Shown one piece after another: positions 31,428-41,745 of a stretch of DNA of 58,263 nucleotides. Within the stretch, counting starts at the first letter, position 1; each line of letters opens with the position of its first letter. Where the stretch lies: positions 1-58,263 of the forward strand of contig JBGPIA010000023.1 in NCBI GenBank assembly GCA_041484665.1, in the 5' to 3' direction. The translations under genes were made by a program, and so were the position numbers. The stretch is from Candidatus Krumholzibacteriia bacterium (GTDB taxonomy: Bacteria; Krumholzibacteriota; Krumholzibacteriia; JAJRXK01). A model generated the notes under the pieces. The model had not been told where the DNA came from and did no database searches. It worked only from the letters and a program-made list of their open reading frames with translations.

Positions 31428-32564
31428 TCAGCGGATCAGCGCGTTGGCGATCACCAGCTGCTGGATCTGGTTCGTCCCTTCGTAGATCTGCGTGATCTTG
31501 GCGTCGCGCATGTACTTCTCGAGCGGATAGTCCTTCATGTAACCGTAACCACCCGCCACTTGCACGGCGTCGACGGTGACCTTCATCGCCACGTTGCTCG
31601 CGAACAGCTTGGCCATGGCCGACTCCTTGGAGGCGTCCTTCCCCGCGTCAATGGTGCGGGCCGCAGCATACACCAACGCGCGCGCCGCCTCGATCTCGGT
31701 CGCCATGTCCGCCAGCATGAACTGGATTCCCTCGAAGCTCGTGATGGGCTTGCCGAACTGCTCGCGCTGCTTGGCGTAGGAGAGGGCTTCCTCCAGCGCT
31801 CCCTGAGCGATGCCCACCGCTTGCGCGCCAACACCAGGACGCGTGCGGTCGAAGGTCCTCATCGCGGTCACGAACCCCAGGCCCCGCCGGCCCAGGAGGT
31901 TCTCCTTGGGGACCTTGCAGTCGGTGAAGATCAGCGCGGTCGTTTTCGACGCCCGGATCCCCATCTTGCGCTCTTCCTTGCCGAATTCGAAACCGGGCAT
32001 GCCCTTCTCGACAATGAACGCCGACATCCCCCGCGCGCCGCGCCCGGGATCGGTCGAGGCGATCACCGTGTAGATCTCGGCCACCTCGCCGTTGGTGATG
32101 AACTGCTTGGTGCCGTTGAGGATGAAGCCGTCCTCGACCTCGCGCGCGAAGGTCTTGATGCTGCCCGCGTCCGAGCCCGCGCTGGGTTCGGTGAGGGCGA
32201 AGGCGGCGTAGCTGCGGCCATCGGCGATGCGGGGCAGGTACTTGCGCTTCTGCTCCTCCGTGCCCGCCAGGACGATGGGTGTCGCGGCCAGCGCATTGGC
32301 CGAATAGGTCGTCGCCACGCCGGCGCAAATGCGCGAGAGCTCCTCGGTCACGATGCACATGTCCATGCAGCCACCGCCCAGGCCGCCGTACGGCTCCGGG
32401 ATGAACACCCGCAGGATGTCGGCCTGCGCCAGCGCCATCATGGCGTCATGGGGGAAGAGGCTCTTCTCGTCCAGCTCGGCGCGAACGGGCTTGACCCGCT
32501 CCTCCGCGATCTTGCGCGTGAGGTCGCGGATCATCTGCTCTTTCTCGGTGAAGAAGTACTCCAT
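31428..32564 (-). CDS. Acyl-CoA dehydrogenase
   Basis: FALTEPSAGSDA, LNGTKQFITNG, REQFGKPI, GGYGY, IYEGTNQIQ. Confidence 0.95.
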   Translation of the reverse strand: MEYFFTEKEQMIRDLTRKIAEERVKPVRAELDEKSLFPHDAMMALAQADILRVFIPEPYGGLGGGCMDMCIVTEELSRICAGVATTYSANALAATPIVLAGTEEQKRKYLPRIADGRSYAAFALTEPSAGSDAGSIKTFAREVEDGFILNGTKQFITNGEVAEIYTVIASTDPGRGARGMSAFIVEKGMPGFEFGKEERKMGIRASKTTALIFTDCKVPKENLLGRRGLGFVTAMRTFDRTRPGVGAQAVGIAQGALEEALSYAKQREQFGKPITSFEGIQFMLADMATEIEAARALVYAAARTIDAGKDASKESAMAKLFASNVAMKVTVDAVQVAGGYGYMKDYPLEKYMRDAKITQIYEGTNQIQQLVIANALIR

Positions 32565-32872
32565 GGTCGGCCCCGGGTTGGAAGCGGGTTGGCGGTGAGC
32601 CGTCCGATGTGCGCAGGGCGTGCGAGGCGAGGGGACGGCAGGCGTGGCTAAACCTATGCCGCGTCCCGGGATCACACAAGAAGAGCTCGGCCGGTGGCCG
32701 GCGAGGCCCAAATCGATCTTGGTCGGCCCGACCCGGCACCTATCTTTGCCTGCAAGGGTCATACAGCTACGCAGCTGCGGCCGGCGCAACCCGGGCCGGG
32801 AGGCTCGGCCGCCGCAATCCGGGCGTGGAAGCCCGGCCGCCGACACTCGCACACGCCACATGGAGGATTGCC

Positions 32873-33616
32873 ATGTTCCACGACCTCGGATGTCACGGGA
32901 AGGTTCGTCTGGGCGAGCTGCCCGCGACGTTGCAGCAGCATCTGGCGTGCTTGCCGGGTGAATGGCTCGAGTTCGATCCGCCCGCGGGCGAGATCGTGGT
33001 GCGCCGCGTCCAGCCGGCGAGTGGCACCTATCTGCCCACCATCGCAATGGAGCTCGTGCGGATGCTCGCGGAGCTGCCACCAGCGCTGCAGGAGGGTATT
33101 CCGGGCGGAGAGCTCCTGGTGCACACGGAGGGGCAGGCACAGCTCGTGCGGCTGCGCGTCGATCCCGGCGCGGCGCTGCACCTGGAGTGGGCCCGCCCCG
33201 ATCAGGCCTGGGGTGACCCGCGGCCGTACCGGGGCCGCCAGGAGACGTCCCTCGATCCGAAGGTCCATCGGCTTGACGGCAGCGTCACACTTCGCTGCGC
33301 GCAGGCCGCACAGGCGGCGCGCGAGCTCCAGTCGCTGGCCGACACCTACGAAGGGCTCTACCCCGAGGGCAGCTTCAAGGCGACGGTCGACGAGGGCGAG
33401 CGGGCGGTGCGACTGGAGATGCGCGATGCCAACCTGGATGCGCACTTGCTGATCGACAAGCTCCAGCAGCTCGCCGCGCACGGGTCGCTTGGCGGCGGCT
33501 TCACGGTGAGCTCGTTCGCCGACGAGCCGCCCGAGGAGCACATCCGGGTGCTGTTCGAGAGCGGCGCGACGCTGGCGCAGCATCCGCTGCTATGGGCGGA
33601 GGCGGCGCGCGTCTGA
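32873..33616 (+). CDS. Hypothetical protein
   Basis: GGAGG RBS, coding-like GC3 bias, no recognised motif. Confidence 0.75.
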   Translation: MFHDLGCHGKVRLGELPATLQQHLACLPGEWLEFDPPAGEIVVRRVQPASGTYLPTIAMELVRMLAELPPALQEGIPGGELLVHTEGQAQLVRLRVDPGAALHLEWARPDQAWGDPRPYRGRQETSLDPKVHRLDGSVTLRCAQAAQAARELQSLADTYEGLYPEGSFKATVDEGERAVRLEMRDANLDAHLLIDKLQQLAAHGSLGGGFTVSSFADEPPEEHIRVLFESGATLAQHPLLWAEAARV

Positions 33617-33747
33617 GGGCGTGCTGGCCGCTGGCGACTTCGCTCTGGAATCGTGACCCGTTCCGTCGTAGGCTGCGCCACCCTCGTATTCCTCAGGTGC
33701 CTGTTGGCGTCTGTGCGTTCTCGCCATCCCAACGGAGGCCAATCCTC

Positions 33748-34863
33748 ATGAGGAAGTCGAACGTCCCTGTCCTGTTGCGGCTCTCGCCGCTGGTGGCGGT
33801 CGGTCTGGTCCTCGTCGCCCTGATGTGGGCAGGTTGCAGCACCGACACTCCCACCGCTCCCTCCAGCCAGCTCTCCAACCAGCCTTACGAGCCCACCACC
33901 GGGCTCACGCTCAACAACCCCGAGGTCAAGGCCATCGCCCTCGTGCAGGAGGACCACACTCCCGAATTCCTGGCGCTCGATGGCGTCGTGGGCACCGGCG
34001 TGGGCATGCGCGACGACGGCCGCCTCGCGATGAAGATCCTGCTGCGTGATGACCAGCTCGCGGGCAGACTGCCGCGTGAACTGGAGGGGCTCCCCGTGAT
34101 CCTGGAGGTCGTGGGCGAGATCAAGGCCTTCGCCAACCACAAGGTGAAGCAGACGCCGCCCATCCAACTGGGCACCTCCGGCGGGTGGCGGTACGACCTG
34201 GCCAACGGGTACTGCTGCGGCGGAACTCTGGGCTCGCTGGTGCAGAAGGGTGGGGTCCAGTACATCCTGAGCAACTACCACGTGTTCGAGTCCGACATCG
34301 TGTCGGGCGGCAACGGCCGCGTCGCCCAGAATGGTGATCCGATCATCCAGCCCGGATTGATCGACGTCGCCTGCAACGCCGCCAGCGCACAGAACGTCGG
34401 TACGCTGGCTCTGCAGCACAGCCTCCCGGGCAGCAACGTCGACTGCTCCCTCGCCCAGGTGATCTCGGGGATGGTGAGCGCCAACGGCGCGATCCTGGAC
34501 GTCGGCACGATCTCGCACAATACGGTGGGGGCCTCCCTGAACCAGGCGGTCAAGAAGTCGGGCCGCACCACGGCGCTGACCCGCAGCACAATCAACGGGC
34601 TCAACCTGACGGTGAGCGTTGCCTACGAGAACGAGTGCGCGGGCGGCCAGTCGTTCGTGAAGACCTTCACCGGCCAGATCCAGGTGCGCAACCGCGGCAG
34701 CCGATTCCTGGCGGGCGGCGACTCCGGATCGCTCATGGTCGAGGACATCACCGCCAATCCCAGGGCGGTTGGCCTGCTGTTTGCCGGCAGCAGCTCGGCG
34801 GCGATTGCCAACCCCATCGGTCAGGTGCTCAGCTTCCTGGGCGCAACGATGGTGGGTCAGTGA
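33748..34863 (+). CDS. Lipoprotein chymotrypsin-like (S1/PA clan) serine protease with N-terminal propeptide
   Basis: Lipobox WAGC; GTLG, LSNYHV (His), DCSLA (Asp), KSGRTT, GDSGS (Ser). Confidence 0.88.
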   Translation: MRKSNVPVLLRLSPLVAVGLVLVALMWAGCSTDTPTAPSSQLSNQPYEPTTGLTLNNPEVKAIALVQEDHTPEFLALDGVVGTGVGMRDDGRLAMKILLRDDQLAGRLPRELEGLPVILEVVGEIKAFANHKVKQTPPIQLGTSGGWRYDLANGYCCGGTLGSLVQKGGVQYILSNYHVFESDIVSGGNGRVAQNGDPIIQPGLIDVACNAASAQNVGTLALQHSLPGSNVDCSLAQVISGMVSANGAILDVGTISHNTVGASLNQAVKKSGRTTALTRSTINGLNLTVSVAYENECAGGQSFVKTFTGQIQVRNRGSRFLAGGDSGSLMVEDITANPRAVGLLFAGSSSAAIANPIGQVLSFLGATMVGQ

Positions 34864-34912
34864 TCCAGACCGCCTGGGGCCTTTGCGGCTCCTGGCTGGT
34901 CGTCTAGAGTCG

Positions 34913-34945
34913 CGGCGCCCGCTTCCCGGAGGGGAGCGGGCGCCG
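34913..34945 (+). terminator. GC-rich hairpin after the protease gene
   Basis: CGGCGCCCGCTTCCC / GGGGAGCGGGCGCCG stem. Confidence 0.5.
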
Positions 34946-35036
34946 TGGCTTGCGGCTCCGCCTGTCCGCGCCCACAGCGTCCACTGATGACCACACCGTC
35001 CACACGCACGCCGCCGCGCGGTGCGCGGCCCGCCGC

Positions 35037-36689
35037 ATGAAGACTCGCACGGTCCTGTTCCTCGTCGCCATCGCGGGCGGCTGCGCGCTCGCGCAAGCGC
35101 TGCTGACCACGCGCCTGCTCGCTCCCGTGTTCGGTGCTGGGCCCATGCAACGGTCGACCGCGCTCGTCATGGCACTAGCCGGCGCTCTCCTCGGACTGTC
35201 CCGGGCCGCCGCCCGCGGGGCGCGGGGGACGGCCAACCGTCTCGTTCCCGCAAGCCTCAGCTGGCCGCTGGCGCTGGCGGCGCTGGACGTGATTGCAATC
35301 TGCTGGCTGGTGCCGGTCGTGCGAGCGTGGCTGGAGTCGGCCGCCCATGACGCGCGGCAGCTGTACGCGCTGACGGTGCTCATCTCGGCGCTGGTCTGCG
35401 CGCCACCGTCGTTCTTGGCCGCAATGGTCGTCGCCTCCGTCGCCGCCGCGCGCGCGCGGTCGCACCAGGGCGGAAGCCGCAATGGAGCCGGTGCGCACGA
35501 GGGCGCGGGAAACCACGCGCGTGGCGACGCAGTGGGCAGCGTGGGTCTCGGGCGAGCGTGGAGCGAGGCAACCATCGTTCTGGTAGCGGCCGCGGCGATC
35601 GCGGCAACACTGGTGCAGCGGCTGCTGCCGGGGCTTGGAGCGCGCCGGCTGTTGCTGGTGACGGCGGGCCTGCAGCTGCTTGCGGCCGCGGTGGCCGCGC
35701 TGACCACGCGCCCCGGCCGCGCCACGCGCCGCGAGCGGGGAATCCTCGCACTGATTCTGCTCGGGCTCGGCGGCGTGGCGGCCAGTTGGAACGCAACGGA
35801 GCTGCGTCCGGTGGCGCAGCAGGGTCTGCTCGCGGTGCGCGACAGCCGGTACGCCGAGATCTGCGTGGTGCTCAAGGACAACGAGATGCTGCTCGTCCTC
35901 GATGGGGACGTGCGCGCGCGGCGGCTCATGGCCGACCTCGATCCCACCGACGACTACGTGATCGCCATGGGGCTGGCGCATCGCGTGTTCGCGAAGCCGG
36001 GCGAGGCTCTGCTCATCGGCGTGGGTGCGGGGTCGTTGGTTCGCGCGTTCTGCGAAAAGGGCTGGTCGATGGAGGTCGTCGAACGCGACGCGGCCGTGGT
36101 GGCCACCGCCCGGCAGTTCTTCGGGTTGGACGCCGATCACGCGCACGTCGTCGTTGCCGATCCGCGGCAGTACCTGCGGGAATCGCAGCGCAGCTTCGAT
36201 CTGATCCTGATCGACGCCACCGGAGGCTGCAGCATCCCGGGGAATCTTCTGACGCGGTCCGCCATCGCACTGGTGGCTTCCCATCTGAAGCCCGGGGCAG
36301 TCCTGGCGCTGCGCGTCCAGACACAGGGCTGGGACGACCCGATGCTCTCCTCGCTGGCGGCGACGCTCGCGCCCGATTTCCCCAACCTGCTCGCCCTGCC
36401 AACGGCAGAACCACCCGATACCCTGGGCAACATGGTGTTGCTGGCCTCCGTACGCGAAATGACCTTTTCGCGGGAGCTGCTCGAGCAGCCGCACGATTTC
36501 CTCGCGTATCCCTACCAGCACTGGGCCGTAGTGGAGCAGAATCACGCCTGGGACAACCAGTTCGTGCCGCCGGCGCGCGGTGCGCACCCGCTCACCGGCG
36601 GCAGAGCTGTGGACCGGTGGGCGGAAGTGATCGAGCGCCGCATCCGAGCGCAGCTGGCCAAGAGCATGCCGCTGTTCGGGACGCAATGA
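35037..36689 (+). CDS. Fused membrane domain/spermidine synthase-like SAM-fold protein
   Basis: Multiple TM helices, then DSRY..I, LLIGVGAGS, VERDAAVV, DPRQYL, FDLILIDA. Confidence 0.85.
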   Translation: MKTRTVLFLVAIAGGCALAQALLTTRLLAPVFGAGPMQRSTALVMALAGALLGLSRAAARGARGTANRLVPASLSWPLALAALDVIAICWLVPVVRAWLESAAHDARQLYALTVLISALVCAPPSFLAAMVVASVAAARARSHQGGSRNGAGAHEGAGNHARGDAVGSVGLGRAWSEATIVLVAAAAIAATLVQRLLPGLGARRLLLVTAGLQLLAAAVAALTTRPGRATRRERGILALILLGLGGVAASWNATELRPVAQQGLLAVRDSRYAEICVVLKDNEMLLVLDGDVRARRLMADLDPTDDYVIAMGLAHRVFAKPGEALLIGVGAGSLVRAFCEKGWSMEVVERDAAVVATARQFFGLDADHAHVVVADPRQYLRESQRSFDLILIDATGGCSIPGNLLTRSAIALVASHLKPGAVLALRVQTQGWDDPMLSSLAATLAPDFPNLLALPTAEPPDTLGNMVLLASVREMTFSRELLEQPHDFLAYPYQHWAVVEQNHAWDNQFVPPARGAHPLTGGRAVDRWAEVIERRIRAQLAKSMPLFGTQ

Positions 36690-37117
36690 TGGGCCGCGCG
36701 GCGATGCGACAGCTGCTCATGGTGCGGCTGCTGGAGTCGCGCGTGCTGCCGTTGCATTCGCTGTCACCGCGCGTGCACGCGGTGCGTTCGCTGGCATTGC
36801 GTCTGCTGGCGTTGCAACTCTTGGCGTTGCATCTGCTGGCTGCCGCCGGGTGCAAGCCTGCCGAGCGCAGGGAGGGAGCGGTGCACGTGTCGCACAGTAT
36901 GGAGGAGGTCATGGCCGTCCAGGAGCGCCATACCGCCGAGCTCATGGCCACCCCCGGCGTCGCTGGCGTGGCGGTTGGCGCGCTGGAGGACGGGACGTTC
37001 TGCATCAAGATCCTGGTGGTGCGCCAGACCCATGAGCTGAGGCGCCGGCTCCCCAGGGAGCTGGAAGGGGTAACCGTGGTGATCGAGGAATCCGGCGAGA
37101 TCCGGCCGCTGCGCTGA
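36686..37117 (+). CDS. Small lipoprotein homologous to the protease propeptide
   Basis: ATGA overlap with the upstream stop; lipobox AAGC; VQERHT..GV..DG..KIL..RLPRELEG..GEI shared with the 33748 protein. Confidence 0.8.
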   Translation: MMGRAAMRQLLMVRLLESRVLPLHSLSPRVHAVRSLALRLLALQLLALHLLAAAGCKPAERREGAVHVSHSMEEVMAVQERHTAELMATPGVAGVAVGALEDGTFCIKILVVRQTHELRRRLPRELEGVTVVIEESGEIRPLR

Positions 37118-37125
37118 CGCAGACG

Positions 37126-39702
37126 ATGGTACCCAATCGACGTCCCACCACCGCTGAGGGCGCGCCCACTGCGCCGGCTGTCCCCACTGCGGCCACCGTG
37201 CCCACTGCGCCGGACGCGCCCGCTGCGCCGGACTCGCCCACTGCGGCCACCGCCGCGGCGCCGGCGGCGAGCGCTGCTCCGGCTGCTCCGGCCGCGCCGA
37301 CCGCACCTGTCGCAGCGTCGCCCGCGGTCTTGGCCGTCGCGCTGCGCCGTGCGCTCGCGGCGGTTCCCGTGCTGCTGATCTGCGGGCTGCTGCATCCCTT
37401 CTATTGGCTCCTTCCTGGCCTGGCGCTGGTCGTGCTCTGGACCCGCCGCGGGCAGCCGGCCGCAGAGCAGTGTTTGCGCGGCGTGCCGGTCGCGACCGCA
37501 ACCGCCGTCGTGCTCTCGTCGGCGTCGCGACCGCTGGGCACGCCGCTCAGCGCGCTGTTCATGGCGCTTTCGATTGCCGCCGCCGCCGCCCTGGCAGTCG
37601 ACCGCTGGCTGGCACACCACGCGTTGCGTCGCGCTCGCTCATCGGTGGATGGGCCGTGGCTTGCGGACCGGCCTCACCTGCCGGGTCAGGCATGGCTGGC
37701 GGACCGGCCTCACCTGCCGGGTCAGCCGTGGATTTCGGACCGGCCGTGGCTGGCGAATGGGCCGTGGCTGGCGGCGGCGTTGGTCGTCGGCGGGGCGCTG
37801 CTGTGCTGGCTACCGCTGCGCGGACTGCTGGCGCCGCCGGGCGTGGACATGTCCATGCACATGACCTTCGTCCGCCTCATCCACGCGCGCGATGGTCTGC
37901 CCGCCGATCAGTCTCCGATCTATCCTGGGGTTCCGCTGGGGACCTACCCGCTGGGTTTCCACTCCCTCACCAGCCTTACAGCGTGGGGTGGGCGGGGGCT
38001 CATGGACGCGGGGCTGCTGATGGTGGCCCTCGCGCACGCGCTCTTGCCGTGGTCGCTGCTGCTGCTCTGCCGGCGCACCCGGCACGACGCGCTGTGCGCC
38101 GCGGCCTCGCTGGCGGTGTTCCTGCTTGCGCGCAACCCGCAGGGCTACGTGGGCTGGGGTGGCAACCCTTGCGTGCTGGCAACCGCTCTCGCCTTCGTGG
38201 CTCTGCGCAACATCGCAGAGCTGATCGACCTCCCCGCGCTCTGCGACGCCGCCAGCCCGCGCGCCGTTGGCAGCGTGCGCGCGTTGACGGTCGAGACGGC
38301 CGTGTTGTCGGCAGGCGTGCTGCTCGTGCACCCGACGCCGGCGGTGGTGCTCGGCTACCTCGCGGTGGCGATGTGGGTCTGGGCGCTGGTCGAGCCGAGC
38401 CGCCACCGCCGCTCGCCCGGCGCGACCAGATCGTCGGGCTCAACCGGGTCGCCCGGCGCGACCAGCGCATCGAGCTTGGCCGCCTCGCCGCGCGGACGCC
38501 TCGTCCTGCGGCTGGCCGCGCTGCTGGCGATCACCTCGCTTCTCGTGGTGCCATACCTGCACGCCGCGGGAGTGGCCCGCTTCAGCCCGGCGGAGCGGCA
38601 GTGGATCCAACGCCATCACCGCGAGCACCCGTTGGCGGGCGAGCTGTTGATCGCCGGTTCGACGCGGTACTTGCGCGCCATCGTCGGCGACTCCCTGCTG
38701 CTGATGGGTGGCGTAGGAGCAGTTGTGGGGCTGACGTTGCTGCCACGTCGGCGCCGGGAGCGGGCCCGAGTGTCAGCGGCCACGACCGGCGCGCGCGCGC
38801 CGCGGCGCCGAACGCTCGTGGCGCTGCTGTTGCTCGTCCCGCTCTGCGAGGTAGCGGCCTGGCTCGCCGCGCGCGGGTGGCTCCCGCCGGCGCTTGCACT
38901 GTATCCGGAGCGCTTGATGCTTTTCGTGCTGCCGGTCTTCGTGGTGATGGTGACCGCGCTGCTGGCGGTCTGCGCCGCGGCGCTCGCGCATCCACCACGC
39001 GCGGCCGCCGGTTGGGCGGCACGCGCGGCCGCCGCGATCATGCTCGTTGCCGTGGCGGGCCTCGCTTGGGAGCGGCATGAGCGCTATTACGCGCACGGGG
39101 CACGCGAGAGCGCGGTGGTGACCCACGCCGACCTGCTGGCGTTTGGCTGGATCGGGGAGCACGTTCCCTCGGGAGTGCTGGTGGACAACAACTACCGCGA
39201 CGCAGGCATCTACATCCCAGCGTTCACGGGCCGCCCGGTGACTCGCCCGCAGACCAATACGGTGTGGTTCGAGGAGATGGAGGAGGCCATGCGAGGCGTT
39301 CCCGTCGCCTTCCAGTACCACGGGGCGCGGCTGATGGGTGGGGTCGACGTGGTGGGCGCCGGCCTGCGGCCGGCCGACCTCGTCTTCGAAGGCTGCGACG
39401 GTGCGGACTCCGCACGGATCTATGCCGCCGCTCCGGGGGCTGCCACCGATGCCGCGGCGAGCGCCGCCACGGGCGCTGGCGCGGACCTCAGCGCGGGCGC
39501 AATCGCAGACGCAAGCGCAGCTGCGCGCGCCAGTGCCGGGCTGCGCGCCGGATGGTTCGACGTGCCGCCATCCGCCCCGTCGGCCCTATCCGCCCCGTCC
39601 GCGTTGCCTGCCTCGCCCGCGCCGTCCGCGCCATCCACGCCCTCCGGGTCGCCCGTGCGGCCCGTGCCGCACGGGCCACCTGCGCGCGATCCTGGGCGGT
39701 GA
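37126..39702 (+). CDS. Polytopic membrane protein, possibly GT-C glycosyltransferase/DUF6541-like
   Basis: Many TM segments, D..H loop (GVDMSMH), YPLGFH, DAGIYIPAFTGRP; Ala/Pro low-complexity termini. Confidence 0.7.
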   Translation: MVPNRRPTTAEGAPTAPAVPTAATVPTAPDAPAAPDSPTAATAAAPAASAAPAAPAAPTAPVAASPAVLAVALRRALAAVPVLLICGLLHPFYWLLPGLALVVLWTRRGQPAAEQCLRGVPVATATAVVLSSASRPLGTPLSALFMALSIAAAAALAVDRWLAHHALRRARSSVDGPWLADRPHLPGQAWLADRPHLPGQPWISDRPWLANGPWLAAALVVGGALLCWLPLRGLLAPPGVDMSMHMTFVRLIHARDGLPADQSPIYPGVPLGTYPLGFHSLTSLTAWGGRGLMDAGLLMVALAHALLPWSLLLLCRRTRHDALCAAASLAVFLLARNPQGYVGWGGNPCVLATALAFVALRNIAELIDLPALCDAASPRAVGSVRALTVETAVLSAGVLLVHPTPAVVLGYLAVAMWVWALVEPSRHRRSPGATRSSGSTGSPGATSASSLAASPRGRLVLRLAALLAITSLLVVPYLHAAGVARFSPAERQWIQRHHREHPLAGELLIAGSTRYLRAIVGDSLLLMGGVGAVVGLTLLPRRRRERARVSAATTGARAPRRRTLVALLLLVPLCEVAAWLAARGWLPPALALYPERLMLFVLPVFVVMVTALLAVCAAALAHPPRAAAGWAARAAAAIMLVAVAGLAWERHERYYAHGARESAVVTHADLLAFGWIGEHVPSGVLVDNNYRDAGIYIPAFTGRPVTRPQTNTVWFEEMEEAMRGVPVAFQYHGARLMGGVDVVGAGLRPADLVFEGCDGADSARIYAAAPGAATDAAASAATGAGADLSAGAIADASAAARASAGLRAGWFDVPPSAPSALSAPSALPASPAPSAPSTPSGSPVRPVPHGPPARDPGR

Positions 39703-39831
39703 GGTGGTCGTGCGCTACAATGCTCGGGAAGACTGGGTTTGGGGAGAGATGCGCGCGTAAGTGCGCGCCGGCCATGGGGCCAACGGCGCGCAGCGCGCTG
39801 TGACCCGCACGGAGGCAGGGGAGCACACGGC

Positions 39832-40107
39832 ATGGACGGGTTCCGCGTCGAAAGCTGTCCGGATGCGTTTCCAGGCGATCTGCTCGGCCGCGAGGCCGTG
39901 CCCGGCGACGAGCTGCGCCCGGCCGGACGCTGGGAACTCGTTTGGGAGGGCACGTCGCATGACGACGGCGTGGAGCAGTTCATCGGGGCGATGGAGGCTC
40001 TGCGGCGGCGCGGGTGCGGCTGGGTGCGGATGCTCGATCCGCAAGGGTTCGTGACCCTGCTGGAGGGCTGCGACCCCGAGGAGCGGGCCATGACCGAAGA
40101 GGGCTGA
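39832..40107 (+). CDS. Small hypothetical protein
   Basis: GGGGAG RBS before ATG 39832; coding-like composition. Confidence 0.55.
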   Translation: MDGFRVESCPDAFPGDLLGREAVPGDELRPAGRWELVWEGTSHDDGVEQFIGAMEALRRRGCGWVRMLDPQGFVTLLEGCDPEERAMTEEG

Positions 40108-40132
40108 GGGTGCGCCCGAAGGAGCGACCGTG

Positions 40133-40291
40133 ATGCTGAGACTCGGCATACCCCTGTGGCTGCTATTCGGGATCCTCGGGGCGTGGATCGCCACGACCAA
40201 GGGGAGGTCCGGCTGCGGGTGGTTCATCGCCTGCTGCCTCCTTGGGCCGCTAGGCTTGGTCATCGCGGCGGTGGTGCCCAAGCGGAACTAA
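40133..40291 (+). CDS. 52-aa two-helix membrane protein (below ORF-track cutoff)
   Basis: AAGGAG RBS; MLRLGIPLWLLFGILGAWIATTKGRSGCGWFIACCLLGPLGLVIAAVVPKRN. Confidence 0.75.
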   Translation: MLRLGIPLWLLFGILGAWIATTKGRSGCGWFIACCLLGPLGLVIAAVVPKRN

Positions 40292-40599
40292 CTGTCGGCG
40301 GCGTCCACTCGGGACTTGCGCGCCGCGCGGCCGGGAGTAGCCTCCCCGGGCGCTGCGGGCGGCGGAGTGGCTCGTATCGGCGAGCACGGCCATTTCGGCC
40401 GAATCTTGTGACCCGCACTCCCAGCCTTCGCCCGAGCCCCGCGTATCTGCTCCTCGCTCTCCCGCCCCTTCGGTGCCCCCCTGCGCGCCCGCCACGGCTT
40501 TCGCTTGCCAGCCGGGCAGCCAGAATGCACCCTCTGCGCGCCGGCCAGTGCTCCGGGTGCCAGCCCCGCGCGGCCCACACCGTCATGGAGGTGGGATCC

Positions 40600-41553
40600 A
40601 TGGAACACGAGGAAGGCCACGGGAAACCGGGCGCGGACGAGCATGCGCAGCCGTCCATCCTCCGCTCGCTGGAGGAGCGCCATCTCGCCGATCTGGAGCA
40701 CAAGCCCGGCGCCGTGCTCCGCGCGGTGGTGATCTGGTTGGTCGTGATCGTGGTGGGCGGGGGAGGCCTCCTGCTTGCCTCGCGCCACCTCAAGGACCAT
40801 CACCAGCGGGTGAGCGTCGACGAGATCTTCGTCCGCGCCGCGCGACCGCCCGTTTCGCAGTCGGCGCTGCGGCGACTCCTGGCCCCCGACTACTCCTGTC
40901 TGGTGAAGACGGAACTCAGAGGAGTCCGCTTCCTCGACGGCGAGCGCCTGGTCCTCGCCGATGGCAGCTTCTTGCAGCTGACGGGGGTGGGGGATCTGAA
41001 GACTCTGCTGGGGGGCTGCGCCTCGGAGAAGGGCCCACCCGTCGTACACGCGACCATCGCCGGTGGGAAGGTCCAGGTCGAGCGCCTCCTTTGCGGCGCG
41101 CAGCCCGTCGCCAAGGGCGGCGAGCTGCAGCGCGTGGCGAAGCTCGATCCCACCGCGGCGCCGCCGCAGCGGAGCGCGTCGCCGTCTCCCGGCGTGTTCC
41201 ACGAGTTCACGGCGCTGCCGTTGGAGCATGACGAGCTGTTGCAGGGCACCATCGGCGCGTGGATCTCGCTGAAGGGAAATCTCAAGGAAGAAGGCGGGCG
41301 CCTCACGCTGCGCATGGCCGATGGCGCGGGGCTGGTCGTCTCGGCAGCTCGGGAGGGCAGCAGCGTAGACCGCTTCCTCAAGGCCTTCGCAGGTCAAACG
41401 TCGCCGGTCCAGCTCGACCTCGTGGTCGGTGGCGTCTATCCATGGGACGATCCCCGTGATCCACAGCATTCGCGCAAGCAGGTGCATCTGGCCGGCGAGG
41501 CCGTGGTGTACTCGGCCTCCGCTCAGAACTATCACGCCGCCGACCGCCGCTGA
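40600..41553 (+). CDS. Single-pass membrane hypothetical protein
   Basis: GGAGGTG RBS; one TM helix (AVVIWLVVIVVGGGGLLLA). Confidence 0.7.
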   Translation: MEHEEGHGKPGADEHAQPSILRSLEERHLADLEHKPGAVLRAVVIWLVVIVVGGGGLLLASRHLKDHHQRVSVDEIFVRAARPPVSQSALRRLLAPDYSCLVKTELRGVRFLDGERLVLADGSFLQLTGVGDLKTLLGGCASEKGPPVVHATIAGGKVQVERLLCGAQPVAKGGELQRVAKLDPTAAPPQRSASPSPGVFHEFTALPLEHDELLQGTIGAWISLKGNLKEEGGRLTLRMADGAGLVVSAAREGSSVDRFLKAFAGQTSPVQLDLVVGGVYPWDDPRDPQHSRKQVHLAGEAVVYSASAQNYHAADRR

Positions 41554-41745
41554 GACGGGCCTCCTGGGAGATGCCCCGCGCGGACGAGGGCCCGCTGCGG
41601 CCTTTGGCATCGCTGCGGACGGGGCGCTCCCGGGCGTCGGGCCGTGATATACTCCTGTTGCAGACTGCGTTGCAGTCCGCGCAGCTCCGACGGCGCCGCG
41701 CGCGCGCCGCACCCCGCACCCCCCCACCCTGCTTCACGGAGCTAG

